Shown: positions 7,708 to 18,507 of the stretch, piece after piece
Position numbering within the stretch: position 1 is the first letter of the stretch
How the letters are laid out: the number at the start of each line of letters is the position of its first letter
Origin: an uncultured virus (IMG/VR IMGVR_UViG_3300046536_000804)
Taxonomy: Duplodnaviria; Heunggongvirae; Uroviricota; Caudoviricetes
Virus record (IMG/VR): IMGVR_UViG_3300046536_000804
Direction: 5' to 3' (one strand)
Length of the DNA stretch: 64,000 nt
The notes under the pieces: generated by a model
Told to the model about the DNA's origin: nothing
Databases searched by the model: none
What the model saw: only the letters and a program-made list of their open reading frames with translations
Position numbers and translations under genes: made by a program

Positions 7708-9033
7708 TTACTTCATCCGCAGCACTTCACGTGCGTAGTTGAGATAGTCAACCTGAGCCTTTTGGTCGGTGGCCTGCTTGGAGTTCTTCGCGGGACGGAT
7801 GCGACGGAACTGGCCGTTCTCCATGATCTTCGCGACGGAGTAGGCACACTTGTAGAGGCCTTCCATCTCTTCGCGGGTCATGGCCGAGCCAGCCTTCTCT
7901 TCGGGCGCCGGCGGGGCGCCTTCGCCACCACCCCCGGCTTCCGGAGGAGCACCCTCACCACCGCCACCCATCTGGGCCGCGACGGCTTCCAGGGCCTCCA
8001 TCAGCTTCTCCGGCGGGATGCCGGCTTCGATCATGGAGTTGGCCATTTCGTTGATCGCTTGGATGCCTTCATCGGCACCGCCACCACCGGGAGCGCCACC
8101 TTCACCGCCCGGAGGCATTCCGCCGCCACCGGCCATCGGATCGGCCCCTGGAGGCATGCCACCGCCGCCGCCCATCTCGGGAGGCATTCCGCCGCCACCA
8201 CCCGGAGGCATTTCACCGCCACCGCCGGCGAGAGCCGGAGGCAGTTGCTGGCCATCGGGCGGCATCATTTGCTGTTCTTGCTCGGCGTTCTTGTAGAGCA
8301 GTTCGCCGACGAGATCGGCCGCGTCGCAGGCTTCTTTGATGATGCTGGCGACCAGATCGTTGACGGCCGCCTCTTTGGTCGAGTTGGCTGCCGCGAGATC
8401 GGCTAGCGCGTAGCCGGCAGCGGCTGCTTCGGTCGGGGTAGGAGCAGGAGTCGTCTTTGCGGCGGGATCAGCAGCAGCTTTCGCATTGGTGAACGTCTGA
8501 CCGTCGCCGAGGCGAGCCAGAAGGTGTTCGGTCTTCGCGATGCTGAGGTTGTACAAAGCATCGAACGACATGGAGGCGAGCTTCGTGGACGAATACTTTT
8601 CGCCCATATCCTCACCGTCGAGCGGGGCGCTGGTGCCGGGATCTTCCTTGGTGCCCTTGAAGGCATTCTCCGCGGACGGGTCTTCGCCGGTGGCGGATTG
8701 ATGCAGGCCGATGTTCGGGCTGTCGTGTTCGTTGGTGGCGTCCGACAGGCTATTCGAGACGGCACCGGGGGAGTTGGCAACGTCGCCTTCGACGTCCTTC
8801 TCGTTCTCGTTGGCCCGGGCGCCGAAGCTCGGCTTCTGGGTGTTGCCATCCAGCTTGCCGGTCGGGCTGGCCGTCGGGCCTTTGACGCTACCGGGGTCGC
8901 CGCCGTCGGAGCCTTTCAGCTCGCTGGCCTTCTTCGCGTTCGCCTGCTTGACGACATCCTCATTGATCGAGTCGATCAAGTTGCCGATGTTGCCGAGCAC
9001 TGACTTTTCGCGGATCATTGTGGCTTGGCTCAT
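7708..9033 (-). CDS. Putative scaffolding protein with GGGGMPP low-complexity repeats
   Basis: Acidic, disorder-prone composition; lies between protease and capsid genes; start MSQAT at 9033 with RBS. Confidence 0.55.
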   Translation of the reverse strand: MSQATMIREKSVLGNIGNLIDSINEDVVKQANAKKASELKGSDGGDPGSVKGPTASPTGKLDGNTQKPSFGARANENEKDVEGDVANSPGAVSNSLSDATNEHDSPNIGLHQSATGEDPSAENAFKGTKEDPGTSAPLDGEDMGEKYSSTKLASMSFDALYNLSIAKTEHLLARLGDGQTFTNAKAAADPAAKTTPAPTPTEAAAAGYALADLAAANSTKEAAVNDLVASIIKEACDAADLVGELLYKNAEQEQQMMPPDGQQLPPALAGGGGEMPPGGGGGMPPEMGGGGGMPPGADPMAGGGGMPPGGEGGAPGGGGADEGIQAINEMANSMIEAGIPPEKLMEALEAVAAQMGGGGEGAPPEAGGGGEGAPPAPEEKAGSAMTREEMEGLYKCAYSVAKIMENGQFRRIRPAKNSKQATDQKAQVDYLNYAREVLRMK

Positions 9034-9088
9034 GAGTAGACTTCCTTTGTAAGGTATCTCGCGATTATTACCGCTGATCTCCGTGCCG

Positions 9089-10570
9089 TCAAGTTGATGA
9101 CGGGCATACGGCGTTCTGAACAACAAGCAGCTTCAAGATTTCCGGCGACTCTTTGACGTTCTTCAACATCAAATAGGCCGCCGCCAGCTTGTAGATTGCA
9201 TAGTGTTTGGCGACCTCTTCCACTGCGGGAGAGCACGCTCCTGCAGTCTTGACCATCGACGGACGTGTGATGTCCGGCAAGACTCCATTATCTCGGATCG
9301 CTGCCAGCATCGCACGTTTTTCCACAGTCTGCCGGGTGAGGGCATAGTCCTTGGCCAGCTTGGCAGCCCACGTCTTGACGCTGCGGGGCAAGGCACGGGT
9401 GGCTGGCAGGAAGGGGCTACCTTCGATCAGCCGAGAGAATTCTCCACTCTTCACCAGCCGACCATAGATGCCGGGAAGGTGTTCGCGAACCTGGTCGGCG
9501 ATCCTCGCAACACCTTCATCCGACTGGCGGATAAGACTGAGGAACCCTTCCACAGGCATCGCGATCTTCTCTTCAGCCAACGCCTGCAACGTATCACCCA
9601 GCTTGTTGCCTGAGGATACCCAGTCCACTTTGGGCTGAACTGACGAAGCGAAAGCCAAGCGCTCACGCCCTGACTCGGCAACCTTCTCTTCAAGTTCGGC
9701 CATCTTCCAGGCCAATGTATATAGCTCGGCCTCAACACCATCAAGCAGGAGATCGTCGGGAGCACTGAGCCCTAGCTTCTCAGCCAGGGCAGCACCGCCG
9801 AGGACGCGGCCGTCTGCAGACTTGGTCAGGCCCATCGCGAAAGCGATGCGATCGGCGCCACGGGCCACCTTCGACTTGTCAAAGAACAGCGGATGCGGAT
9901 TGTCGGCGTGGTTGATCGGGTTCTTGTCATTGCCTGTGACCACGGCGATCTTGTTCATCAGCCCGCCGCCTGGGCAGGAACCACCCTCATCAATGCCGCG
10001 GCAGTATTCACTACGATTCTTGGCGCGGTTGCCGCACGCCGAACAGACATCGTAGGCAACCTTGCAGGCCATGCTGGTTGGGAACGATTCGCCACGGTTC
10101 AACAGCTCAACCTCTTCATCCGCCAGAAGACCACCGTTTCGATCGGCCGCTTCTTTGGTGCCGTTGTAAATGCTGATGAGCTCGATCCGCTTCATGCACT
10201 CATTGAAGTCGGAGAACTTGATGAAGCCATACGATCGATCGGGATTCTTGTTGTCGTGATTGCGATAGCACCTGCCGTGCTTGACGAAGGTCGGATGGTA
10301 CGCAATGCAAGCGGCCACTTTGAAGCCGTCACCGTTGCGGTTGGGGCCAAAGAACTCGGTGGCGCCGACGATGATATCGTGAGCTGCTACATCACCAGGC
10401 CGCAGATCGAGATGTCGAATCTTGTCAGCAAGTGCGTTTCCTGCCCGCTTGATGAAAGACTGTAAGTCGTTACCTCGCAGACCCCTCGACGAGACCTTCA
10501 CCAGTTGTGAGGTCGGCTCGTTAAAGGACCAGCCACCCGGAGGTATGATTTTGAGAAAAGGCATGGTCAC
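9089..10570 (-). CDS. Prohead (maturation) protease with Cys-rich insertion
   Basis: GPNRNGDGF, YRNHDNK and TSMACKVAYDVCSACGN motifs resemble HK97-type prohead proteases of large phages; head-module synteny. Confidence 0.65.
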   Translation of the reverse strand: MTMPFLKIIPPGGWSFNEPTSQLVKVSSRGLRGNDLQSFIKRAGNALADKIRHLDLRPGDVAAHDIIVGATEFFGPNRNGDGFKVAACIAYHPTFVKHGRCYRNHDNKNPDRSYGFIKFSDFNECMKRIELISIYNGTKEAADRNGGLLADEEVELLNRGESFPTSMACKVAYDVCSACGNRAKNRSEYCRGIDEGGSCPGGGLMNKIAVVTGNDKNPINHADNPHPLFFDKSKVARGADRIAFAMGLTKSADGRVLGGAALAEKLGLSAPDDLLLDGVEAELYTLAWKMAELEEKVAESGRERLAFASSVQPKVDWVSSGNKLGDTLQALAEEKIAMPVEGFLSLIRQSDEGVARIADQVREHLPGIYGRLVKSGEFSRLIEGSPFLPATRALPRSVKTWAAKLAKDYALTRQTVEKRAMLAAIRDNGVLPDITRPSMVKTAGACSPAVEEVAKHYAIYKLAAAYLMLKNVKESPEILKLLVVQNAVCPSST

Positions 10571-10572
10571 AG

Positions 10573-13500
10573 TTATCTCCGTGCACCTGGGTCAAGGTGC
10601 CGACGACGACACATCTCGCGAACCTGCTGAAGGTACGGGGCCAGCTTCGGATCATCAAGTCGGCAAAGATGATCGGCAACTCTGAAGGGAATGACCTTAT
10701 CAGCAGCCATCGCTTCGTAGTATCGCTGCTTCGCTTTCGCGTAGTAGGCCGCTCGTGCCGCTGCCCTGCTCGGACCGACCAGCAGGCCGACGATACCGGC
10801 GAACGTCAGGACGAACCATTGTCGACGCGTCATCGCTTGCCTCCTGGCTGATTCGCCTCGATGAGTTGCTGGATCGGCTTCCGACCTGACCGATGTCCGC
10901 GGCCGAGCCATTCACGGTAAAGGAGCGGGATCGATGCCGCGGCAGCAGGGATGGCGGCAGCGCCCAGACCATGCATAATTGATTTTGGCAACGGTGATTT
11001 TGTCGCTGATGGCTTTGTCTTGCTGACTGCGCGATCTAGTTCATGACGATGCACGAAGTGAGATCCTGGCATCGGACCGTGCGGAGCACCAGGCGTTCTC
11101 ATTTCGTGTGGACGCTTGTCGAACAATCGGGTCAACCACTGCAATTTACCTGGGGCGGCTGTGGTGGGATGCCAGTTTTGCCAGGTCTTGGCCTTATCGC
11201 CTAACGCCGCCTCCATATTGGCGGATGCATCAGACCCCAGACCGTAAAGCATTTCTCGGCGTGACATGTGCCTCTTCAGTTTGTCCAGAAAATTATCAGG
11301 CTGGACAATGTGCTGAATAGTGGCTGCAGTACCACCCAGTCCGAGTGATGCTGCCAACGTTGTCGGACTGAACTGTCCTGACCAGGGCAGTATATTTTTG
11401 ACGCCAGCAATGTCGGCTTGAGCTAGTGCATCACCAGGACGTCCTTGCTGCAAGGCCGTACCGATTGATGCTGGAATGTTGTTCAATTGAGTCCCTATAC
11501 CGGGAACCGCAGCGTGCATTCTCACATTGGCCACCATCTTGCCGATCCTACCGCCGCGAAGCGCTTCGATTCCCTGGTTGATCTTGGCCTCGTCGGCCCC
11601 GAGCACACCCAACGTCTGACGTGCACTCTGGGACGTGCGCGCAGAGTCGGCAGCTTCCTTATGCATCTGCGCAAGCAGTCGACGTTCCGCGATCATGCGA
11701 AGCGTCTCTTCAAACGTAGCGGAGGCCAGATCCATCACTTATTCCTCGGTGCCGGCATGCTCTTGCGGTGCCTTGTCCCGCATCTTGATCTTGGTCTCGA
11801 TGCCCAGCAGTTGATCCATGTCGTGCGGATCGGCCGCACCCTGCGACGCCAGTCGACGCATCGCGGCTTCCAGCAACATCGGCTGGTCAGCCATACGCGG
11901 CGACAATCGGGTCAGGTTGTTGAACAGGCCGGTCACCATCTGCGGGTCTTCACCCTCGAAGTGCGGGCCATTGAGGATCGAATGCAGCGATGCCTGTGCC
12001 CTGATCGCACGGAGCTTGGCTTCATGAGAAGGGTCGCCAAGGTCTTCGTCCGCATCAGCTTTGAGCTTCTCGTCGGATTTGGGTGCGATCTTGCTGAAGA
12101 TCGACCGGCTAGCGTCGGCACCTAGCCCGATCCCGGCACCTGTCAGAGCGGCGCCCATGAACGCACGCTTCTCGCCCTTGATTCGCCGCATGATCGACAG
12201 GCTCGAGTCCGGCGGCATGGGTTTGGCTCGGTCCCCCTGCAGGGCGTGCTCCAGGCGGAACTCCAGAGCGACCGCCTCCTTCTCAAAGGCGGCTGCCTTG
12301 TTGAAGGTATCGCCGTATTGGATCGCCGCGGCGATGAACTGGTCGATCAACGAATAGGGCGCCTGACTGCGATCGACACGGTGAAATTCGGACCGCTTGA
12401 GCAAGACCGTTTTCTCAGCTTCGGTCTTCTTCTTCGTTTTCTTGATCATCACCGGCTTTGTGGACGAGCAGCAACTCTCCATCGCCGCCAGCTTCTCGAA
12501 CAACAGCTCGGCCGGGCGACCATGGATAGCAATGGCATTCTTCTCGACCGCTTCTCGGGGGAGAGCGGTCGTGCCGAGGAAATAGTCGTGTAGATCGTGC
12601 ACCAACGAAGCGCACTTGTCCCATTCCTTCTGGCAGGCATCGCCCCATTGGCGGCGTTCCAGCCGGAGGTTCTGGAGATAGTGGTCGGCCAGCTTGCAGG
12701 TCTGAGCCGGATCGAGTGTCGCGGCCGATTGCTGTACCGGTGCGTCAAGTTCAACGCCAGATCGGAAGTCTTCGGCCATCTTGACGGCAGCCCACGTGGG
12801 TGCCTGGTCGTACTCTTCCGATATCCGGATATCCTGAGCTTCCGAGGCCTTCTCGATCTTCGGTGGGTAGATCGCTTCCAGAATCACCTTCGGATCGGCC
12901 AGTTCAAATGTCGCCAGCTTGTCGAACAGGTTTTCGCTGTCCACACGCTGCCGGTTGGTACGGCCCGTGTTGTAAGCGTTGACCATCAACCGAACGTGCC
13001 CGGCCGGGATCTTGGTGTCCGAGGCGACCTTGATGATGGCCTGATTCGGTGACTCACCGTTGCCGGTAAGTTCGGCAACGCGAATCAGGCCATCATAGAT
13101 CCGCTTTTCGTCTTCGTGAGTGATTGCCATGTCGGTACTCGTTAGAGTCAACTCAGTGTCAAGGTGACACGTTACGCAAGTGGAAACAGTAGAGGCAAAG
13201 ACGCTCTCGCGACGACGAAGCCGCTACCCGTCAGGAATAGCACAATGCCCAAGATCAGGCAGGCAAAGAAGGCCAGCCACGGTGATGCGTTAGGCGTTCC
13301 AACGGCGCCCAGTAGGGTGAGCAGCCACAAAAACATCACCATCGTGAAGCACACCAGGAGGACGATAAGAATCGGATGCATGAGGCACCACCTTTCAAGG
13401 GGCGACCGGTTAAGTCGACGCTAACTCGTCGGGCAGCAGCATCGGCGACGGTAACACATCGTAGCCGAGGGCTCTTTCAACAAGCTGAGATGACCGAAGT

Positions 13501-14864
13501 TCTCGGCCATTATCGTCCCAGCACTTCTCATCGCCGGTGGGTTTGTCACTGGCGATCGTAAAGCCGAAAGTGCTCACCATCTTGACAATACTGTTGACGA
13601 TGGCGCCCTGTGTTTCAGCACCCGCTCCGTTGGCTTTCTCCAGCTCTTCCATTTTCTGGTAAGTAGCGAAGATCAGACCTTGATTATAAGCAACCGGAAC
13701 AGTCTGCGCGGCCACCAGAGCTTTGTTCTCGAGGGAGAGCTTGAACAGATCCCGAGCCATCGAACTACCCTGATCGTACGATGTCATGCGGGTCGGCTGG
13801 CCATCGCGTTTGATGAACCGGTCGAGGAACAGCGGGCCACGCAGCAGACCGAGCAGCTTCCACAGCAGATCGTACTTACGATCGGTCAGCCCTGCATGGA
13901 TCGAAGCGCCGAGCACTTTGTTCAACATGTAGAGCCAGTGCTTTTGCTTGCCGGCCACATCGAAGAACAGATTGGCATAACAGTAAATGCTCTCGGGATG
14001 CTCCCCGATACGAGTGGAGATCTCCTTGATGGTGGCCTCGGCACAGAGATATGCCTCGATTGACCATCGTGTATCACTCATCTCGTCACTGTAGAACTCA
14101 AACGCCGAATACACGCCAGGATAGCGTTGACGCAGCCGTTCGAAGGCAGGATGACTGTCGCAGCGGTCCCACTCATTCTGAAACCGATACGCCATCGACA
14201 CCCAGGAATCGTCACGTCCTCGACGCGAATACCTCTTCTGTTCGCGAAGCCAGCGAGCACGCTCCCAGCGCCAGTTGGGTGGCAGCATGCGATTGTGCGA
14301 ACTGGGCAGGATCTTCAAGGACGGAACCGACATCACTTTCTCCTGATAGCGTTGCTGACATCATTGACACGATGCAGAGGGTTAGCGAGCGGTCTCCACG
14401 CGAGCCTGTAGGAAGGCATACCAATTCGTTGCAGTAATCGCACCAGTCGGCTTGATGACCAAATAGAGGAACCCCTCACTGTCACCGCCATCCAGGTTGC
14501 GGTAAGCAAGGCCGATCTCATTCGTGGTAATGAGGACTGCCGCACCGGCATTTGCAGTGAGAGCTGCGGTCTGCGGCGACTGTACTCGATAAGGCGTCAT
14601 ATCAACAGCCGGTGCGTCGGTCGTCGCATAGGCAACGCCAGGCGGATATGGAATCTGTGACGTCAGCAGCTCAACCGTGAAAGCGACCGATGTGCCGCCA
14701 CCGCCGGCCGCCGGTTGTTGCATCACCACCAAACGGGTCAAGTAGCCAGCCGGCTTGAAGGGAATCTGGAAAGACCCCATCTTGGCGCTCGGAACCAAGA
14801 GTACGGGCCTCGCCTTATAGAGCCCGGTCTGGTCCGTGTAGGTGGCTGTGTAGATATCAGGCAT
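10573..14864 (-). other. Putative virion/late hypothetical genes (10830-11738, 11739-13151, 13172-13381 membrane, 13410-14336, 14382-14864)
   Basis: Long contiguous co-oriented ORFs with abutting stops and starts; several are rich in K-x-A motifs. Confidence 0.65.
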
Positions 14865-14884
14865 GAGTAAAGATCCGTAGTGAA

Positions 14885-17356
14885 TTACTGGTTGGCAATG
14901 CCGCCGAGATCGACGTCGGTGCCGTCCGCGGCGAACGGTTCCACACCCTTCTGACGCAGCTTGAGCACCAGATCACCGGTTCCTTCGAAGGTGTTACGAA
15001 TTCCATCTTCGAGCTCCGGCAATTCAGAGGCGCCGAAACGATCTTCAAACTCCTGACCGTGCCAGAGGTACTGGAGGTAGATCCGACCGAGGCTGTCCAT
15101 ACCCTTCATCAACGGCCCGATGTACCGGTCGATCATCGACTCTTGCCGCACTGTACGCAGCATGGAACCGATCATCGCGGTGTCGAAGACTTCCTTCTGG
15201 CCGGTCTGGGCTGCCCGGCTGGCGGTGTTCATGGTATCAGCATCAGGACCGATCGGGCGGTACAAATCTCGGTTTCCCGAGTTCGGCTGCATGCTCTCGA
15301 CCGGCTGGGAGTACGTGTGCTGTAGTTGCGCCGGCAGGTGGGACCCCATGTCCGAATCGACATCGTTGGGGAACTCGTACGGGGAAGGTGCACTGGGGCC
15401 ACCGCCCTCGGTCAAGAACGGGCCAGCACGCTTGATCCAGTAGGACTGCTTCTGGTGCTGGGACGCCTCGGCCTCAGCCAGGATGACCTCGGCTGCAGCC
15501 GCTCGCAGGTTCCAGTCGATGACCAGGTGCTTGAACGCAGCTTGTTTTCCGAACGTTCGCTGGTTCATGACGAAACCAGCTTTGGTGCCGACAATATCCA
15601 GAGTCGGCATGCCGTGGTTGATCGCCGCGGCGACGTCGCTCAGATTGCCCGGCTCGATCGGCGGCTTGTTCTCGTAGGCGATCTTCAATCGCTTGAAGGT
15701 CTGCGGCACGTACAGCTCGTCGTAAGTGAGACGGAACTGCGAGCCGGACGGCGTCAGGCGCACGAGACGGGCGTTGGCCTTTTCCTGGCAGCCGATAGAC
15801 TTGGCGATATCATCATGCACGCAACGATCGATCGAGCCTTCCGAGGCCTTATTCTTGCTGTACGAAATGTTGCGATTGTCCTCGCTGCAGTAGTCGCTGA
15901 AGTGAACGCTGTAGGACGGGCCTGAAGACGAGCCGTCGTAGCGCGAGGTCAGAGACAGCGGGACGGTGCCCTGGCCCTTGCGGCCGAGGAAGATCATCGT
16001 GTCGCTGTAGTCGTTGTTCTCGGTGGACGGATTGTCGCCGACGTCGGGGAGGGAATCGATCCAGGCCTCCCACTCCTTGTTCGTGTACTGACTTTGACAC
16101 AACACCTTGGCCGGATGGATCTTGAGGCAGGTCTTCTCACCCTCGATCGGGATAACCAGGCAGTACGGCTGCTTGCCGTTGCCGGAGTACGGCGAGGTGA
16201 CGATCAGGCATTTCTCGAACTTGTCGGGCTTGACCAGCACCTCATAGAGACCGGTCTCCCCCGGAGAGAACAGGCGGACCGTCGAGGTGGTTCGGTAGGC
16301 CAGGCTGGTCTCATTGTCACGCCGTTGGTCCTTGACGATGTGCTCCTCGGTGAGGAGGGTCTTACGTTCCGGATCACCGACCCATGGGGCGTCCTTCCTC
16401 TTGTCACCGAAGACATCGGCGCGTGTGAGGACTTCGACCTTTGGCTCGGACTTGCTGTTCGGCTTGCTCTTGAACGGCAGGTCACCCTCCTGAGGTATCC
16501 CATCGCTAACGACTTTCACCGTGGTGGACTCACTGGCCAGCTTTTGAAGCAAGCTGTTTGATTGCAACCGTTTACGGTCATTCTCAAGTTCACCGACGAG
16601 CTTCGTCATGCGGTCCTGACCATAGAACTGCATGGTCGCCCGATAGATGGTCGGATATTCCGAGGCCATCTTGGACATGAACGAGGCGCCGTCGCTGCCG
16701 GCCTCCTTCAAGACCTTCAGGAACATGTCCTCCTGGAACGCCACCTTGGTGAGAACCATCTTGGCGAGCGTCGGCAGGAACTCGATCGTCCACTGCGGCA
16801 GCTCAATGTCACTCCGCTGTGCGGAGGCCACTTTGTAGGGCGATCGCGAGAGCTGATAAAGATTCGGGGCCAGCACGCCGAGCTGGGACAGATTCCGATC
16901 GACCGCCTTGCCAAGGAGGTTTTGCTTGCGGCCGAGGAGGTACGAGATCCAGTTGTCCTTGAGCGGGACGAACATGTCCTGCGACTTCAGATAGAGCAGC
17001 TCGTGGCCCTTGAGGTCGCCGTTGAGAAAGAACACCGGGCAGTAGAGCCACTGATTGCCGACCTTGAAGCCGAAAACACCGACCGCACGAGTGGCATCGT
17101 CGGACCGCTCGATGATCTGGAAGCCGACCTCGTACTCGAGGAGCTTCGGCGCCTTCTCGGAGATATAGCTGTGTGCGAGGTTGCTAAATGCCTGCTCGAA
17201 CGGGGTTTCCGGCTTGCCACCCAGCTCGGCCACCTTGATGGAGGTGCCGGCCATTGAGCAGCGTCGGCACTCTTCACGCCAGTACGAAGCAGACTTGGTC
17301 CGCCAGTTCTTCGTGGTGCCGGTGCGACGATCCACAGGATTGCTTGTAGCGAGCAT
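14885..17356 (-). CDS. Large hypothetical protein (probably virion-associated)
   Basis: 823-aa ORF with many K-x-A motifs; exact start uncertain. Confidence 0.75.
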   Translation of the reverse strand: MLATSNPVDRRTGTTKNWRTKSASYWREECRRCSMAGTSIKVAELGGKPETPFEQAFSNLAHSYISEKAPKLLEYEVGFQIIERSDDATRAVGVFGFKVGNQWLYCPVFFLNGDLKGHELLYLKSQDMFVPLKDNWISYLLGRKQNLLGKAVDRNLSQLGVLAPNLYQLSRSPYKVASAQRSDIELPQWTIEFLPTLAKMVLTKVAFQEDMFLKVLKEAGSDGASFMSKMASEYPTIYRATMQFYGQDRMTKLVGELENDRKRLQSNSLLQKLASESTTVKVVSDGIPQEGDLPFKSKPNSKSEPKVEVLTRADVFGDKRKDAPWVGDPERKTLLTEEHIVKDQRRDNETSLAYRTTSTVRLFSPGETGLYEVLVKPDKFEKCLIVTSPYSGNGKQPYCLVIPIEGEKTCLKIHPAKVLCQSQYTNKEWEAWIDSLPDVGDNPSTENNDYSDTMIFLGRKGQGTVPLSLTSRYDGSSSGPSYSVHFSDYCSEDNRNISYSKNKASEGSIDRCVHDDIAKSIGCQEKANARLVRLTPSGSQFRLTYDELYVPQTFKRLKIAYENKPPIEPGNLSDVAAAINHGMPTLDIVGTKAGFVMNQRTFGKQAAFKHLVIDWNLRAAAAEVILAEAEASQHQKQSYWIKRAGPFLTEGGGPSAPSPYEFPNDVDSDMGSHLPAQLQHTYSQPVESMQPNSGNRDLYRPIGPDADTMNTASRAAQTGQKEVFDTAMIGSMLRTVRQESMIDRYIGPLMKGMDSLGRIYLQYLWHGQEFEDRFGASELPELEDGIRNTFEGTGDLVLKLRQKGVEPFAADGTDVDLGGIANQ

Positions 17357-17420
17357 GGTCTTGCCTCGAAGGAAATCTCGATTTTCTTATCATAACGCAT
17401 CCGCAGACTTGCAATAGCTA

Positions 17421-17450
17421 AAGAAAAGCCGAACCCGGGTGGGTTCGGCA
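17421..17450 (-). terminator. Intrinsic terminator
   Basis: GCCGAACCC/GGGTTCGGC hairpin with a TTTTCTT tail on the minus strand. Confidence 0.7.
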
Positions 17451-17798
17451 GTTTACAACGTTGGTGCTCAGACGGAATTAGTTCCGCGAGCGTTGACGGA
17501 AATTGCGGACGCTGCGGCTCCAGAGTTCCAGATCCTTGATCGAGCAGGTCCCATTCTTGATCGCGGTACCGATGATCAGATCGGCAATCTCGATGCGCGG
17601 ATCATCCAGACCGCCTTTCGGCAGCTTGTCGATCGCGACGAGAATCGCTTTGGCGTCGTACTTGGCACATAGAGCTGCCCATGCGGCACTTGCTGCGGCC
17701 TGGGCTGCTGCGGCTGCTGCCGCCGGAGATTGACGCTGACGACGCTGACGGTTCGGTCTACTTGCTGGTGGCATACGATGTCCTCAACTGGGGCCAGC

Positions 17799-18506
17799 TT
17801 AATCGGCTAGCCTCAGCTCGGCCTCGATGGTCTCGATGCATGTCATAACAGGATCGAGACTCCCGAGTCTTTCTTGCCAGTGATGCAACAATGCGATCAC
17901 CTTTTTGCGTAACTGTGCGCGCAGAGCTGGCGTTGCAGCCCGTATCTCTTCGACATGCAAATCGTTCCACGCAGTCAGCAACCCTGCGTCGATACGATTT
18001 GATTCTGCCAAAGCGTCTACAGATCTGCATACGTCGGACAACACCCCTTCCGTCATCGGGATGAGTGGTGACCGACACGCCTTACTGCTGCCGGCAGGAG
18101 CCGGTGCTCTCAATTTCCTTACCTCACTGCGGGCCATCCTGCACGACCAGCCAGAACTGATAGCGTGCAGAATGGCCTTATTACGCTCGTGTCTTCGCGG
18201 CCTCGTTGCAAAGGTCAACAACAAGTCGGTTGGCAACTCTTTACCGATCTTTTGTGCTGCATCGGCGAATAGGTAGATCTCGGCTCTGGTAAACGATGTG
18301 GCTATGAGCAGGTAATTGTTCATCGCGGTCTGGCTTATACGGAAACCGTTAAGCAGATCGATGAACTCTTTAGATCGTTTGCCGAATTCCAGAGAAGTGA
18401 TTACCGTCAGAAGCGTTTCGCCGATTTGCTGATTGTTGATCGCAGTACGTCGTTCGGCCAGAAGTGTTGCCAACCTTTGCTGTTCAAGACTGAGGTCTAC
18501 TTGCAC
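17799..18506 (-). CDS. Hypothetical helical protein, possibly DNA-binding
   Basis: 235-aa ORF starting immediately after the RNAP gene stop. Confidence 0.6.
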   Translation of the reverse strand: MQVDLSLEQQRLATLLAERRTAINNQQIGETLLTVITSLEFGKRSKEFIDLLNGFRISQTAMNNYLLIATSFTRAEIYLFADAAQKIGKELPTDLLLTFATRPRRHERNKAILHAISSGWSCRMARSEVRKLRAPAPAGSSKACRSPLIPMTEGVLSDVCRSVDALAESNRIDAGLLTAWNDLHVEEIRAATPALRAQLRKKVIALLHHWQERLGSLDPVMTCIETIEAELRLAD

Positions 18507-18507
18507 A

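Noticed and set aside
7900..8270. GGGGMPP/GGEGAPP tandem coding repeats (similar tract about 21760-22030)
   Set aside because: Low-complexity protein linkers with synonymous variation, not a DNA-level repeat system
13389..13412. Possible degenerate element at the 13410 stop (CACC-TTTC-AAGG-GGCG...GTTA)
   Set aside because: The second stem cannot pair, so it was not counted
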